64,000 nucleotides of DNA from Candidatus Abzuiibacterium crystallinum (GCA_002787155.1 PCVY01000064.1:10475-74474), one strand, 5' to 3'. Positions 36,925 to 47,809 are shown, counted from the first letter of the stretch. Numbers and translations are program-made. The notes: generated by a model from the sequence alone, not told the origin.

Positions 36925-38607
36925 ATGAAGTTAAAAGGCGCTAAAATCATGATTAAATGTTTGGAAGATCTGGGCGTGGAATACGTCTTTGGTCTGCCCG
37001 GCGGCGCTATTTTACCGACTTTCGATGCGCTTTATGATTCAAAATTAAAATTGATTTTGGTGAGGCATGAGCAAGGAGCTTCACACATGGCAGATGGTTA
37101 CGCCAGAGCAACCGGTAAACCCGGCGTTTGCATGGTGACCTCCGGCCCGGGCGCAACCAATACCGTGACTGGTTTGGCGACAGCTTATATGGATTCAGTT
37201 CCTGTTATTTGCATCACAGGGCAGGTGGCAACTCATGCGATCGGAAGCGATGCTTTCCAGGAAGCGGATGTGGTGGGTGTCACGCGTCCCGTCACCAAAC
37301 ATAACTATTTGGTGAAGGACGTAAATGACTTAACTCGGATTATGCGGGAGGCGTTTTATGTTGCAACGTCAGGTCGTCCGGGACCTGTGTTGATTGATTT
37401 TCCTGTCGACGTGAGCCGTGCCGAAACAGAATATGTGTTTCCCGAAAAAGTCTCTATCCGTAGTTACAATCCGGTCTTGGAAGGTAACGACGATGACATT
37501 AAATGTGCTGCCGAACTAATTCGTAAGAGTAAGCGGCCTTGCTTGTATGTCGGTGGCGGCGCTATTGGTTCGGGTGCGCGCAAAGAAGTGATTGAACTGG
37601 TTGAGAAAACCGGTATTCCGATTACCACAACCGTTTTGGGACTGGGCATTTTTCCGGAAACCCACACTTCTTCACTTCGGATGCTGGGGATGCATGGGAC
37701 GGTTTATGCGAATTATTCGGTTCAAAAATCAGATTTGTTAATTGCCGTAGGCGCTCGTTTTGATGACCGCGTGACGGGCAAAATCGACTTGTTTGCACCG
37801 CATGCCAAGATTATTCATATGGATATTGACCCGTCATCCATTGCCAAGACGGTTCAGGTGGATGTTTCAATTGTGGGTGATGTGAAACATATTTTAAAAA
37901 AGTTAAACCGTTTGGTCTCGGACAAACGCAAGGCAATGAAACCATGGCTGAAACAAATTGAAGAGTGGAAGCAAAAACATCCTTTGCGTTACACACAGCC
38001 GGATAACGAGAAACTCAGGCAGCAGTTTATCATTGATAAGATTGGGGAAATCACCAATCACAAAGCAGTGGTTACCACGGGTGTGGGCCAACATCAAATG
38101 TGGGCCGCTCAGTGGTATAAATTTACCGCACCACGCAGCATGATTACCTCCGGCGGCTTGGGGACAATGGGCTTTGGATTTCCTTCAGCAATCGGCGCCC
38201 AGTTGGGTCGGCCCGGGGAACCTGTGATTTGCATTGATGGTGATGGCTCATTTCAAATGACCATGTGTGAGTTGGTGACCGCTGCTTATTACAAGATTCC
38301 CGTGAAGGTGTTTATCTTGGACAACGCTTACTTAGGCATGGTGCGGCAATGGCAGGAGCTTTTTTATGAACACCGTTACTCGGGGGTGGATTTGGGACCT
38401 TCTAATCCGGATTTTGTGGCTTTGGCAGAGAGCTGCGGCGTCAAAGGACTTCGGATGGAAAAGAAAGATGAAGTGGTTTCTGTGATTAAGCAAGCCTTGG
38501 CACATGAAGGACCTGTTGTGATACATTGTGTTTGTGCCAAACAAGATAATGTGTACCCAATGGTGCCAACGGGTCAAGCACTTGATTCTGTACTAGATAT
38601 GGCCTAA
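36925..38607 (+). CDS. ilvB: Acetolactate synthase large subunit
   Basis: RHEQGA, TSGPGATN, GQHQMW, GDGSFQM, GMVRQWQ. Confidence 0.97.
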   Translation: MKLKGAKIMIKCLEDLGVEYVFGLPGGAILPTFDALYDSKLKLILVRHEQGASHMADGYARATGKPGVCMVTSGPGATNTVTGLATAYMDSVPVICITGQVATHAIGSDAFQEADVVGVTRPVTKHNYLVKDVNDLTRIMREAFYVATSGRPGPVLIDFPVDVSRAETEYVFPEKVSIRSYNPVLEGNDDDIKCAAELIRKSKRPCLYVGGGAIGSGARKEVIELVEKTGIPITTTVLGLGIFPETHTSSLRMLGMHGTVYANYSVQKSDLLIAVGARFDDRVTGKIDLFAPHAKIIHMDIDPSSIAKTVQVDVSIVGDVKHILKKLNRLVSDKRKAMKPWLKQIEEWKQKHPLRYTQPDNEKLRQQFIIDKIGEITNHKAVVTTGVGQHQMWAAQWYKFTAPRSMITSGGLGTMGFGFPSAIGAQLGRPGEPVICIDGDGSFQMTMCELVTAAYYKIPVKVFILDNAYLGMVRQWQELFYEHRYSGVDLGPSNPDFVALAESCGVKGLRMEKKDEVVSVIKQALAHEGPVVIHCVCAKQDNVYPMVPTGQALDSVLDMA

Positions 38608-38658
38608 ATGAGGCTATCACTGGGATGATGATTAATTGACATTGAAGAGGAGTCAAAC

Positions 38659-39207
38659 ATGGTTCACGTTCTGTCGGCGTTGGTTGAAAATCACTTTGGC
38701 GTGTTAGCGCGTGTTTCGGGGCTTTTTTCGGCGCGCGGATTTAACATTGATAGTTTAGCGGTCGGAGAAACGGAAGACCCCACGATTTCCCGCATGACCA
38801 TTGTCGTTCATGGCAATGAACGTGTGTTGGATCAAATTATGAAACAATTGAGCAAATTAATCGACATTATTCATGTCGAAGATCTCACAGGGTATGAAAG
38901 TATTGAGCGTGAATTATTATTAATTAAGATTTCAGCCAATGCAACCAACCGAGCTAATGTGATGCAGATTGTTAACACGTTCAGGGGGAAGGTGGTTGAT
39001 TTGAGCCCCAAATCATTGGCCATTGAAGTGACAGGCACAAAAAGCAAAGTGGATGCGATTATTGAACTTTTGAGGCCCTTTGGCATTATTGAAGTGGTGC
39101 GAACAGGCACCATTGCGCTGGCGCGCAAATTGGAATTAAAATTATCGGCATCCCGAACGGGAAAGAAAAAGTCTGCAAAAAAGAAAACGAGCAAAAGTCG
39201 TCAGTAA
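38659..39207 (+). CDS. ilvN: Acetolactate synthase small subunit
   Basis: VENHFGVLARVSGLFSARGFNIDSL; ERELLL; VRTG. Confidence 0.97.
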   Translation: MVHVLSALVENHFGVLARVSGLFSARGFNIDSLAVGETEDPTISRMTIVVHGNERVLDQIMKQLSKLIDIIHVEDLTGYESIERELLLIKISANATNRANVMQIVNTFRGKVVDLSPKSLAIEVTGTKSKVDAIIELLRPFGIIEVVRTGTIALARKLELKLSASRTGKKKSAKKKTSKSRQ

Positions 39208-39225
39208 TCTTGGAGGTTTGTTTTT

Positions 39226-40257
39226 ATGATCAAAATTTATTATGACAAAGACGCCGATCTAAATTTACTGAAAGGCAAAAAGGTTGCTATCGTTGGTTAT
39301 GGTATTCAAGGCCGCGGTCAGGGACTTAATTTGCGTGATTCCGGTGTTGAAGTGATCATTGCCCAGCGTAAAGGCGGTAAAAATTATGACATTGCCGTTG
39401 AAGATGGTTTTCAGCCGGTCAGCGCCCGTGAGGCAGCTGAACAAGCAGATCTGATTCAGATTCTGACCCAGGACCATCTCCAGGCAGAAATTTACCACCA
39501 GGATATTGCGCCGGTCTTAAAAGAGGGTAAGTCGCTTGTTTTTTCGCACGGGTTTAACATTCATTTTGGTTACATTAAACCGCCCAAGACAGTAGATGTT
39601 TTTATGGTAGCACCCAAGGGCCCTGGTGCTTTGGTGCGAACACAATTTTTGGCGGGCGGTGGCGTGCCCTGTCTCTTAGCGGTTCACCAGAATGTCAGCG
39701 GTCAAGCAGCCGGAATTGGTTTGGCTTACGCAAAAGCCATCGGCGGTACACGCGCAGGCGTGATCGAAACTAATTTTAAAGAAGAAACCGAGACTGATTT
39801 GTTTGGCGAGCAAGTCGTCCTTTGCGGCGGTTTATCTGAATTAATTCGTGCTGGTTTTGAAACCTTAGTTGAAGCAGGTTATGCGCCTGAAATGGCCTAC
39901 TTCGAATGCTTGCATGAAGTGAAGTTAATCACAGATGCGGTATTTGCCGGCGGTATTTCGGGAATGCATCGCCGCGTTTCTGATACGGCCGAGTATGGCG
40001 ATTATACACGCGGAAAACGCGTTATTAACCCGCAAGCCCGGCAGGAAATGAAAAAGATTCTTTCTGAAATCCAGTCAGGCGCTTTTGCAAAAGAATGGAT
40101 TGAAGAAAATAAAAAAGGCAGACCTCAATATAAAAAATTGCGCGATGCTTGTGATGCGCACCAAATTGAGAAAGTGGGCGCTCAATTACGGGGGATGATG
40201 CCTTGGATTGCAGCATCGCTTGAGCAGAAAACGAAACAGCCTTCACACTCAAGATGA
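39226..40257 (+). CDS. ilvC: Ketol-acid reductoisomerase
   Basis: [28 protein letters not shown]. Confidence 0.98.
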   Translation: MIKIYYDKDADLNLLKGKKVAIVGYGIQGRGQGLNLRDSGVEVIIAQRKGGKNYDIAVEDGFQPVSAREAAEQADLIQILTQDHLQAEIYHQDIAPVLKEGKSLVFSHGFNIHFGYIKPPKTVDVFMVAPKGPGALVRTQFLAGGGVPCLLAVHQNVSGQAAGIGLAYAKAIGGTRAGVIETNFKEETETDLFGEQVVLCGGLSELIRAGFETLVEAGYAPEMAYFECLHEVKLITDAVFAGGISGMHRRVSDTAEYGDYTRGKRVINPQARQEMKKILSEIQSGAFAKEWIEENKKGRPQYKKLRDACDAHQIEKVGAQLRGMMPWIAASLEQKTKQPSHSR

Positions 40258-40340
40258 TGGTCAGTGTGGATGAGTTCTTAATTGTTTTAGATTAAGCGGT
40301 AAAAGGGACACACAATGACCGGAAAAGATTTAGATGGCCT

Positions 40341-41891
40341 ATGTCGACAAACAATAGAAAAATTTATATTTTTGATACCACCTTACGGGATGGCGAACAA
40401 TGTCCCGGCGCTTCCCTTACGCCCGATGAAAAAGTTGAGGTTGCGAAGCAATTAGAACGCCTCAACGTTGATATCATCGAGGCCGGTTTCCCGGCAGCCT
40501 CTCCGGGCGAAATCGAAGCCATTCAGAAAGTTTCCAAGGTTGTTCGGACACCCATTATTTGCGGTTTGGCACGCATGGTGGAAAAAGACATTGATGCTGT
40601 CCGCCAGGCTTTGCGTTTTGCCAAACGAAAACGGCTTCACGTCTTCTTGGCAACTTCGAAAATTCACCGCGATTTCAAGCTTCATAAAGACACAAGCGAA
40701 ATCTTAAAATTAGCCGTCCGGAACATCCGTTACGGCAAGAAATTCTTTGACGATATCGAATTTTCTCCGGAAGATGCTTCACGGACCGAAAGAGATTTTT
40801 TGGTTGAAGTGGTAGGCGCTGCCGTGGAAGCCGGCGCTACCACGGTGAATATTCCGGATACGGTTGGCTATGCTTTGCCTACGGAATTCGGTCAGTTAAT
40901 CGCCTATTTGGTCGAACAAATTCCGGCATTGGGAAAAACAGTTAATCTGTCGGTTCATTGCCATAATGATCTTGGTTTGGCAGTTGCTAATTCGTTATCA
41001 GCGATTCAAAACGGAGCCAACCAAGTTGAGTGTACCGTCAATGGCATCGGTGAGCGCGCCGGCAATGCTGCCATGGAAGAAATTGTCATGACCCTCAACA
41101 CCCGCAAAGACAATTTCTCTGACAATTGTTATACGGATGTCAAGACGAAAGAGATTACGAAAGCTTCTCGTTTGGTTTCTCGTTTGACCGGCATGGTGGT
41201 GCAGCCGAACAAAGCCATTGTCGGGCGAAATGCTTTTTCGCATGAATCGGGTATTCATCAAGACGGGATCTTAAAATTGCGTCAAACCTACGAAATCATC
41301 GATCCAAAAGATGTGGGTTTGTCGGGCAGCCAATTAATTTTAGGTAAACACTCGGGGCGGCATGCCTTCCGCGAACGGCTTGAGAAATTGAATTTTCACT
41401 TGAGTGTTAAACAAATAGACGTTGCTTTTAAACGTTTTAAGGATTTGGCAGATCAAAAAAAATATGTTTTTGATCAAGACATTGAAGCTTTGGTGGAGGA
41501 ACAGATATCAAAGATTCCGGAAACATGGCAATTGGTTTATTTGAACACCTCAAGCGGTACGAAAGCAAAGCCAAAAGCCGAAATTCATTTGAAGCGTCAA
41601 AAAAAGGTTTACAAAGCTTCCTCCAGCGGCGACGGACAAGTGGACGCTTGTTATAAAGCGATTGAAAAGATTCTCAAAATGAAATTGAAGTTAGTTGATT
41701 ATTCCATTCAATCGGTGACAAGCGGTAAAGATGCTGTCGGTGAAGTCAATGTGAAGTTGTTGCATCAAAACAGGGAAGTGAGCGGCCGCGGAACCAGTAC
41801 AGATGTGATTGAAGCCAGCGTGAAGGCTTATTTGTTTGCCGTCAATAAAATTTGCTCACAGCAAATTAGAACCAAACTGGCACCTGTTTAA
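40341..41891 (+). CDS. leuA: 2-isopropylmalate synthase
   Basis: DTTLRDGEQ, HCHNDLG, GIGERAGN, HESGIHQDG, regulatory domain. Confidence 0.97.
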   Translation: MSTNNRKIYIFDTTLRDGEQCPGASLTPDEKVEVAKQLERLNVDIIEAGFPAASPGEIEAIQKVSKVVRTPIICGLARMVEKDIDAVRQALRFAKRKRLHVFLATSKIHRDFKLHKDTSEILKLAVRNIRYGKKFFDDIEFSPEDASRTERDFLVEVVGAAVEAGATTVNIPDTVGYALPTEFGQLIAYLVEQIPALGKTVNLSVHCHNDLGLAVANSLSAIQNGANQVECTVNGIGERAGNAAMEEIVMTLNTRKDNFSDNCYTDVKTKEITKASRLVSRLTGMVVQPNKAIVGRNAFSHESGIHQDGILKLRQTYEIIDPKDVGLSGSQLILGKHSGRHAFRERLEKLNFHLSVKQIDVAFKRFKDLADQKKYVFDQDIEALVEEQISKIPETWQLVYLNTSSGTKAKPKAEIHLKRQKKVYKASSSGDGQVDACYKAIEKILKMKLKLVDYSIQSVTSGKDAVGEVNVKLLHQNREVSGRGTSTDVIEASVKAYLFAVNKICSQQIRTKLAPV

Positions 41892-41962
41892 GAAACGTTT
41901 GGCAGGCCCTTGGGGGCTCATGGTCAAACATCACAAAAGCAAAAATAGGTTGGGGTCGGTGC

Positions 41963-42823
41963 ATGTTGAATGAAGAAGTGAAGGTGTTTGGATTATTTGG
42001 ATATCCACTTTCACATTCACTTTCGCCAGCAATGCAAAATGCGGCGCTGAGAACCGCCGGCATTCCGGGTGTTTACCTTGCCTTCGAACGTGACCGCCGG
42101 CATTTTTTAAGGTTGCTGAGAAATCGCCGGAAGTTGATTTTAGACGGGTTTAACCTAACCGTTCCCCACAAAGAAACCATACTGCCGTTTTTAGATCGGA
42201 TTGACCAAGTCGCAAAGGATGTCGGAGCGGTCAACACGGTTAAGCGGGCAGGAAAGCATTGGATTGGTTTCAACACAGATGTGGACGGGTTTTTGCGGGC
42301 GCTTCAAGAAGCTGGGTTGCGCCTCAAAGGAAAGAAGACCTTGCTATTGGGTGCCGGCGGTGCGGCAAAAGCGGCTGCTTATGCATTGGTTTGGAAAGGT
42401 GTCCGGGAACTTCGTATTTTTAATCGGACCCAAAACCGCGGGCGACAATTGTGCCGAGTGATCCAAAAAAAATTTCCGCACTCAAAAGTCATGCATGTGC
42501 GTAACAAGTCGGAGTTGAAACAAGCATTGTTTGAAACGGATTTGCTGGTCAATGCGACCAGCGCGGGATTGAGACATCAAAGTCAGCCGCTGATCCCTCG
42601 ATCGTTATGGCCAAAAGGAAAAAGAGTTTTTGTCTTTGATATGATGTATGGCCGCCGGCCGACCGAGTTAATTCGTACAGCCAAGCGTTTAAGACACCGG
42701 ACCCTTGATGGCGAAACCATGTTACTTCATCAAGGCGCGAGAGCATTTGAAATTTGGACAGGGCGGAAAGCGCCCTTGGCAGTCATGAGAAAGGCGTTGC
42801 GGCATGCAATCATGGGTTCCTGA
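41963..42823 (+). CDS. aroE: Shikimate dehydrogenase
   Basis: HSLSP, NLTVPHK, GAVNT, NTD, GAGGAA. Confidence 0.96.
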   Translation: MLNEEVKVFGLFGYPLSHSLSPAMQNAALRTAGIPGVYLAFERDRRHFLRLLRNRRKLILDGFNLTVPHKETILPFLDRIDQVAKDVGAVNTVKRAGKHWIGFNTDVDGFLRALQEAGLRLKGKKTLLLGAGGAAKAAAYALVWKGVRELRIFNRTQNRGRQLCRVIQKKFPHSKVMHVRNKSELKQALFETDLLVNATSAGLRHQSQPLIPRSLWPKGKRVFVFDMMYGRRPTELIRTAKRLRHRTLDGETMLLHQGARAFEIWTGRKAPLAVMRKALRHAIMGS

Positions 42824-43592
42824 CGTATTTTTGTTTTTGTGGGGTATTTTCGTGGGCAGTTTCTTAAACGTTTGCGTGCACCGTTTTCTGAAAGAAGAAT
42901 CCATTATTGCACCCAGATCTTATTGTCCCAATTGTCGCAAATCCATTGCTTGGTATGACAATATTCCGCTGATCAGTTATATTCTGCTGGGCGGCCGATG
43001 TCGAAATTGTCATTTGCCGATTGCAATGCGTTATTTTTTCGTAGAATTGTTAACAGGTTTAATTTTTCTGGGATCCGTGCGTTATTTTGGCTGGACGGCG
43101 CAAGGGGGGGCGAGCATTGTTCTTTTAACGCTTTTACTTGGTATCAGCGCTGCTGATTTGGAAGAACAAATTATTCCGGATGAGATGAGTTTGTCGGGGA
43201 TTCTGTTGGGATGGCTTTTTAGTGTCACATTTCCGACCCTGCAGTCGGAGACAAGCCGCTGGATGGCATTGGGTCAAAGTTTTCTGGGGGCGCTTGTGGG
43301 CGGCGGTATGATTTATCTGACCGGTGTATTTGGCCAATTTGTGTTTCGCAAGGAAAGCATGGGAGGCGGAGATGTGAAGTTGATGGCCATGCTCGGAGCT
43401 TTTCTCGGATGGGCAAACGTACTCATGGTCTTTTTTATTGCACCTTTTTTAGCTTTGCCGATTGGGTTATACGTGAAATTTAAGAAAAAAGAAGAATACA
43501 TTCCGTTCGGGCCTTTTCTATCGTTGGGCGGTGTTCTGGTTTTATTTTTTGGCGAGCCTTTAATTAGAATTTTTTTTCATTATTACTTTTAA
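42804..43592 (+). CDS. pilD: Prepilin peptidase (A24)
   Basis: GSFLNV, two CxxC, DNIP, MGGGDVKL, PFGPFL. Confidence 0.95.
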   Translation: MQSWVPDVFLFLWGIFVGSFLNVCVHRFLKEESIIAPRSYCPNCRKSIAWYDNIPLISYILLGGRCRNCHLPIAMRYFFVELLTGLIFLGSVRYFGWTAQGGASIVLLTLLLGISAADLEEQIIPDEMSLSGILLGWLFSVTFPTLQSETSRWMALGQSFLGALVGGGMIYLTGVFGQFVFRKESMGGGDVKLMAMLGAFLGWANVLMVFFIAPFLALPIGLYVKFKKKEEYIPFGPFLSLGGVLVLFFGEPLIRIFFHYYF

Positions 43593-43609
43593 CGAAAGGT
43601 TAATTCGAT

Positions 43610-44740
43610 ATGGGTAGAATCTTACAATTCATGACGGCAGGGGAATCGCACGGCGCCTACATGTCAGCCATCCTTCAGGGCGTGCCCAGCGGGCTTGCGA
43701 TTGATCATGCTTTCATCAAAGGCGAATTGGCACGCCGGCAACAAGGTTATGGACGCGGTGGACGGCAGAAAATTGAGCAAGACGAAGTGGCGCTCACAGC
43801 AGGCCTTTATCAAGGTAAAACAATCGGTGCTCCGATTGCTTTCTTATTGGCTAATAAGGATGTTAAAATCGATAAATTACCGCAACTCTTCAGGCCTAGG
43901 CCGGGACATGCGGATTTGGCCGGCTGCTTAAAGTATGACCAAGGGATTCGCGAAATTCTTGAGCGCGCCAGTGCCCGTGAAACCGTTATGCGGGTTTCTG
44001 TGGGAGCACTCGCTAAATTATTCTTGAAAGAGTTTGGCATCGAAATTATTTCCCATGTGGTTCAGATTGGGTCGGTGAGGCTGGAAGAAAAAGAATTATC
44101 GTTTCACGACATCGTGAAAGGTGTGAAGGGATCGGAAGTGAATTGCATTTGTGAAAAAACGAGCCGGAAAATGATGGCCGAAATTGACCAAGCATTGAAA
44201 GACCGTAATACTCGTGGCGGTGTTTTTGAAGTGCGCGCCAAGGGGATACCGGTCGGTTTGGGCTCGCATGTTCATTACGAGCGTAAATTAGATGCGCGGA
44301 TTGCCATGGGGCTCATTTCGCTTCAGTCAGTCAAAGCAGTTGAATTCGGTTTAGGTCATCGATTGGCGGCAACTCCGGGGTTGAAAGCGCACGATGAAAT
44401 TGCTCATCAGAAAAACAAGGGTTATTACCATCTCACCAATCGCGCCGGCGGCATTGAAGGCGGTATGAGCAACGGGGAAGAAATAGTGGTAAGTGCTACC
44501 ATGAAACCCATTTCCACTTTAAGACAGCCGTTAAAATCGGTCAACATGAAGACCAAAGAGGTTGAGCGTGCAGATTTTGAACGTTCGGATATATGCGCGG
44601 TTCCCGCAGGCGGTGTGATTGGAGAAGCCATTGTGGCTTTCGAACTGGCGGATGCTTTTCTTGAGAAATTCGGCGGTGATTCGCTGAATGAAACCAAACG
44701 TCATTACGATCAATACCTCAAGTATTTAAGTAAGCGTTGA
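43610..44740 (+). CDS. aroC: Chorismate synthase
   Basis: TAGESHG, RPGHAD, ERASARET, GGIEGG, MKPIST. Confidence 0.98.
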   Translation: MGRILQFMTAGESHGAYMSAILQGVPSGLAIDHAFIKGELARRQQGYGRGGRQKIEQDEVALTAGLYQGKTIGAPIAFLLANKDVKIDKLPQLFRPRPGHADLAGCLKYDQGIREILERASARETVMRVSVGALAKLFLKEFGIEIISHVVQIGSVRLEEKELSFHDIVKGVKGSEVNCICEKTSRKMMAEIDQALKDRNTRGGVFEVRAKGIPVGLGSHVHYERKLDARIAMGLISLQSVKAVEFGLGHRLAATPGLKAHDEIAHQKNKGYYHLTNRAGGIEGGMSNGEEIVVSATMKPISTLRQPLKSVNMKTKEVERADFERSDICAVPAGGVIGEAIVAFELADAFLEKFGGDSLNETKRHYDQYLKYLSKR

Positions 44741-45243
44741 TGAAACATATTTTTCTAATCGGCATGATGGGTTCGGGGAAATCCTCAACCGCCGTTGCTC
44801 TTGCTCAACGGTTGCAAATGCCATGTGAAGATTTGGACACCAGCATTGAACACATTGGCGAACAAACGGTCAAGCAAATCTTTGAAGACAAAGGCGAACT
44901 ACACTTTCGGCAGTTAGAAAAATTGGCGCTGAGAGAGGCTGTGAAAAAATCCAGCCGGGTCATTGCGACGGGCGGCGGTATTATTTTGGATCAATCGAAC
45001 ATTAATCTGATGAAATCGGCGGGGACAATCGTCTTTTTACGCACATCACTTCAAATGCTTTTGAGCCGGCTGCAGAATACGGCTGATCGTCCCTTATTGG
45101 GTTCTGATCATCCTCAAGTTGCTTTGGAAAAAATCTGGCATGAACGCGCTTCACTTTATGAAACAGCCGCTGATTTGATTGCGGATACAGATGGGAAGAC
45201 AGCCGATGAAGTGGCAGGAGATATTGAAGGCTTGTTAACATGA
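44740..45243 (+). CDS. aroK: Shikimate kinase
   Basis: GMMGSGKS, GE..FR..E, ATGGG, RPLL. Confidence 0.96.
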   Translation: MKHIFLIGMMGSGKSSTAVALAQRLQMPCEDLDTSIEHIGEQTVKQIFEDKGELHFRQLEKLALREAVKKSSRVIATGGGIILDQSNINLMKSAGTIVFLRTSLQMLLSRLQNTADRPLLGSDHPQVALEKIWHERASLYETAADLIADTDGKTADEVAGDIEGLLT

Positions 45244-46385
45244 AAACAGTCAAAGTACGTTTACAGTCGCATGCTTATGACGTCAGAATTGGCAAAGGGT
45301 TGATTCGCCAATTGGGTATTTATTTAAAGCAATTAAAAGCGGGACCACGCATTTTGCTTGTGTCAAGCCGTGATATTGTGCGCCAAACACGTTTGACACC
45401 CTTTTTGAGCCGGTTATTGACTCGGAACGGTTTTCAAGTCTTTCATTATGAATTTGTCCGCGGACATGAAACGGACAAATCAATCAAAGGCCTCACGTCA
45501 TTATGGCGCGCGATGTATCAGGCGAAGCTTGATCGTTCGAGCACCGTGATAGCGGTTGGCGGCGGGGTGATTGGAGATGTCACAGGTTTTGCGGCTGCAA
45601 CTTATTTACGCGGTATTCGTCTGGTTCAAATACCGACAACGCTTTTGAGTCAGGTAGATAGTGCTATCGGCGGCAAAACAGCTATTGATTTTGAAGGTGG
45701 TAAAAATCTAATCGGTGCTTTTTATCAACCCGCGTTGGTAGTAGCTGATATCGATTTGTTGCGCACCCTATCAGCCGATGTTTTTCGCGACTCATTTGCT
45801 GAGGTTGTAAAATATGGGGTGATCCAAGACGTGACTTTGTTTAAGAAGCTCGAAACCAAAGGGCGCGTTTTGATGGATCATGTGAGCCAAAATGTGCTGA
45901 ATGTGTATGATTTTCGTTTTCTGGAAGAAGTGGTGTATCGATGTGTCCGCGTGAAAGCGGGGGTGGTTTCACGCGATGAACGTGAAACGAAGGGCTTGAG
46001 GACCATGTTAAATTATGGTCATACATTTGCACATGTCTTAGAAAGCCTTTCCAATTACCGTTTGACGCACGGTAAAGCAGTCGGCATCGGGATGGTAATG
46101 GCTGCTCAGCTGTCTTTTCGTTTAGGGCTGGTGCAGCACGCTTTTGTGGACCGCCAGCAAGCGCTGCTTAGGAAGATGCAGCTTGCAAGTTCTCTCGGCA
46201 GACAGGTGTTTGGTAAACCTGTGAAGCGGGAACGTGTGAAGGCTTTATTTTTTCGTGATAAAAAAGTTTCGAAAGGAAAAATTAAATTAGTACTACCGAC
46301 TCGATTAGGGCAGGTCAAAACCGTGATGCTTCGTCCTGCGGATTGGCAGTATGTGCACGATGGTTTTAAGCAAATTGGATTGTAA
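45240..46385 (+). CDS. aroB: 3-dehydroquinate synthase
   Basis: GGGVIGD, PTTLLSQVDSAIGGK, LNYGHT, HG.AV. Confidence 0.97.
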   Translation: MKTVKVRLQSHAYDVRIGKGLIRQLGIYLKQLKAGPRILLVSSRDIVRQTRLTPFLSRLLTRNGFQVFHYEFVRGHETDKSIKGLTSLWRAMYQAKLDRSSTVIAVGGGVIGDVTGFAAATYLRGIRLVQIPTTLLSQVDSAIGGKTAIDFEGGKNLIGAFYQPALVVADIDLLRTLSADVFRDSFAEVVKYGVIQDVTLFKKLETKGRVLMDHVSQNVLNVYDFRFLEEVVYRCVRVKAGVVSRDERETKGLRTMLNYGHTFAHVLESLSNYRLTHGKAVGIGMVMAAQLSFRLGLVQHAFVDRQQALLRKMQLASSLGRQVFGKPVKRERVKALFFRDKKVSKGKIKLVLPTRLGQVKTVMLRPADWQYVHDGFKQIGL

Positions 46386-46386
46386 A

Positions 46387-46491
46387 ATGAAGAACTGGAA
46401 TTACGTCATCGGTTTTGTGTTGGGTTTTGGTTTGGTTCAGGTAGCCAAATGGGCCAGTACAAATTACCTATGGATTTTATTTCATCGTTAA
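46387..46491 (+). CDS. Putative 34-aa small membrane protein (below ORF-track cutoff)
   Basis: MKNWNYVIGFVLGFGLVQVAKWASTNYLWILFHR; fills the aroB-dprA gap with 1-bp and 3-bp spacers. Confidence 0.5.
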   Translation: MKNWNYVIGFVLGFGLVQVAKWASTNYLWILFHR

Positions 46492-46494
46492 TGA

Positions 46495-47628
46495 ATGACT
46501 GAGCAAGAAGCTCTCTTCTTTTTGGCTCAAGCAGGATTGCTGTCCGCGCAAAAATTTAAACTACTTTTAAACGGAGCAGTCTCGTTTGAACGTCTTCTCG
46601 TTGACCCCCAAAGCTATCGGTCTGCCTTTCCAGACCTCATGACAGAAGAATGGTTGGAACGTCTTAAAACGGCTCGAGCGGCTACAACAGTCGAGCAATT
46701 GCAGCAGAAGTGTGCATTACAAAGCATCACAATCCTCACCATTTTAGATGCTGATTATCCGTCAGCTTTAAAGGAAATTCACGATCCTCCCCCCGTTTTA
46801 TATATAAAAGGAAAGTTCTTAGAAGCTGATCAAGCCGCCATTGCTGTCGTTGGCGCTAGGGCAGCCAGTTCTTATGGACTTAAAACCGCTCATCAATTTG
46901 CATCAAAGCTTGCCGAAGCCGGCATCACTGTTGTTTCAGGTATGGCGCGTGGTATCGATACAGAAGCCCATCACGGTGCTTTAAATGTCCGTGGGCGAAC
47001 CATCGCTGTGCTGGGGTCGGGTCTTGATGTGATTTATCCTCGGGAGAACAAAAAACTTTTTGCAAAAATAGCTGCTTCCGGAGTAGTCGTGAGCGAATTT
47101 CCGCTTGGCACGCCGCCGTTGGCATTTCATTTTCCGGTTCGCAATCGTCTCATTGCAGGTTTATCAATGGGTGTTTTGGTGGTAGAAGCGCATCAGAGAA
47201 GCGGTTCACTGATTACGGCTTCGTGCGCCATTGATGAAGGCAGAGAAGTGTATGCCGTTCCGGGCCGCATTGATTCATTTGGTTCGCAAGGAACCCATGA
47301 ATTAATTCGACAAGGTGCGCGTTTGGTGGTTTCGCCGGAAGATTTGTTAAGTGATTTAAGATCTATCTTAAGGGAACAATTAAGAACTTGGACTGTCCGG
47401 GAAGATAAACCGGTCATACAGATCCAACACACAGCTCATCTGAGTGAATCTGAGAAAGAAATAATTCAATTGCTTGAGGCAAATCCATCTACTGCCCATG
47501 AAATAGAGGAAAAATTGGCGCCAGGATCTCTCAGGATGATTACCGAGATGGAGCTGAAAGGCTTGATTCACAGGCGCTCGGACGGCCGGTATGAACGCGC
47601 TAGCCGGTTCGTTGACGTTGAATCATGA
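46495..47628 (+). CDS. dprA: DNA-processing protein DprA
   Basis: VSGMARGID, FPVRNRLIAG, SGSLITA, VPG, LIRQGA. Confidence 0.96.
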   Translation: MTEQEALFFLAQAGLLSAQKFKLLLNGAVSFERLLVDPQSYRSAFPDLMTEEWLERLKTARAATTVEQLQQKCALQSITILTILDADYPSALKEIHDPPPVLYIKGKFLEADQAAIAVVGARAASSYGLKTAHQFASKLAEAGITVVSGMARGIDTEAHHGALNVRGRTIAVLGSGLDVIYPRENKKLFAKIAASGVVVSEFPLGTPPLAFHFPVRNRLIAGLSMGVLVVEAHQRSGSLITASCAIDEGREVYAVPGRIDSFGSQGTHELIRQGARLVVSPEDLLSDLRSILREQLRTWTVREDKPVIQIQHTAHLSESEKEIIQLLEANPSTAHEIEEKLAPGSLRMITEMELKGLIHRRSDGRYERASRFVDVES

Positions 47629-47629
47629 T

Positions 47630-47658
47630 TTGACATTTCTTCAAATCTCAGGTAACTT
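47630..47658 (+). promoter_or_regulatory. Sigma70-type promoter
   Basis: TTGACA-17 bp-TAACTT. Confidence 0.5.
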
Positions 47659-47809
47659 TCCATAAGTCCTTTGTCGATGAAAGGGTGTTGGTTAAAGTAA
47701 CACAGCCCGAATATCGATAGACTAAATTGAGCATTTTAAAGGTTACAGGGTCTTATTAATCTTGTCAACGTCACTGGATTTTTGGTTTTAATGTGAAAGG
47801 AGTTCTTTT

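Noticed and set aside
42506-42520. KSELK in AroE (and RSELS in ORF 23786) as further motif copies
   Set aside because: Single loose matches inside ordinary domains; expected background for the relaxed pattern.
42804-43592. Prepilin peptidase as the RSELR protease
   Set aside because: A24 peptidases cut class III signal peptides after Gly; it lies 29 kb away in an ordinary aro cluster.
47710-47770. c-di-GMP-I/GEMM riboswitch fragment (ACTAAA..AAAGGTTACAGGGTC)
   Set aside because: The P2 stem with GNRA loop and the 3' pairing strand are missing.
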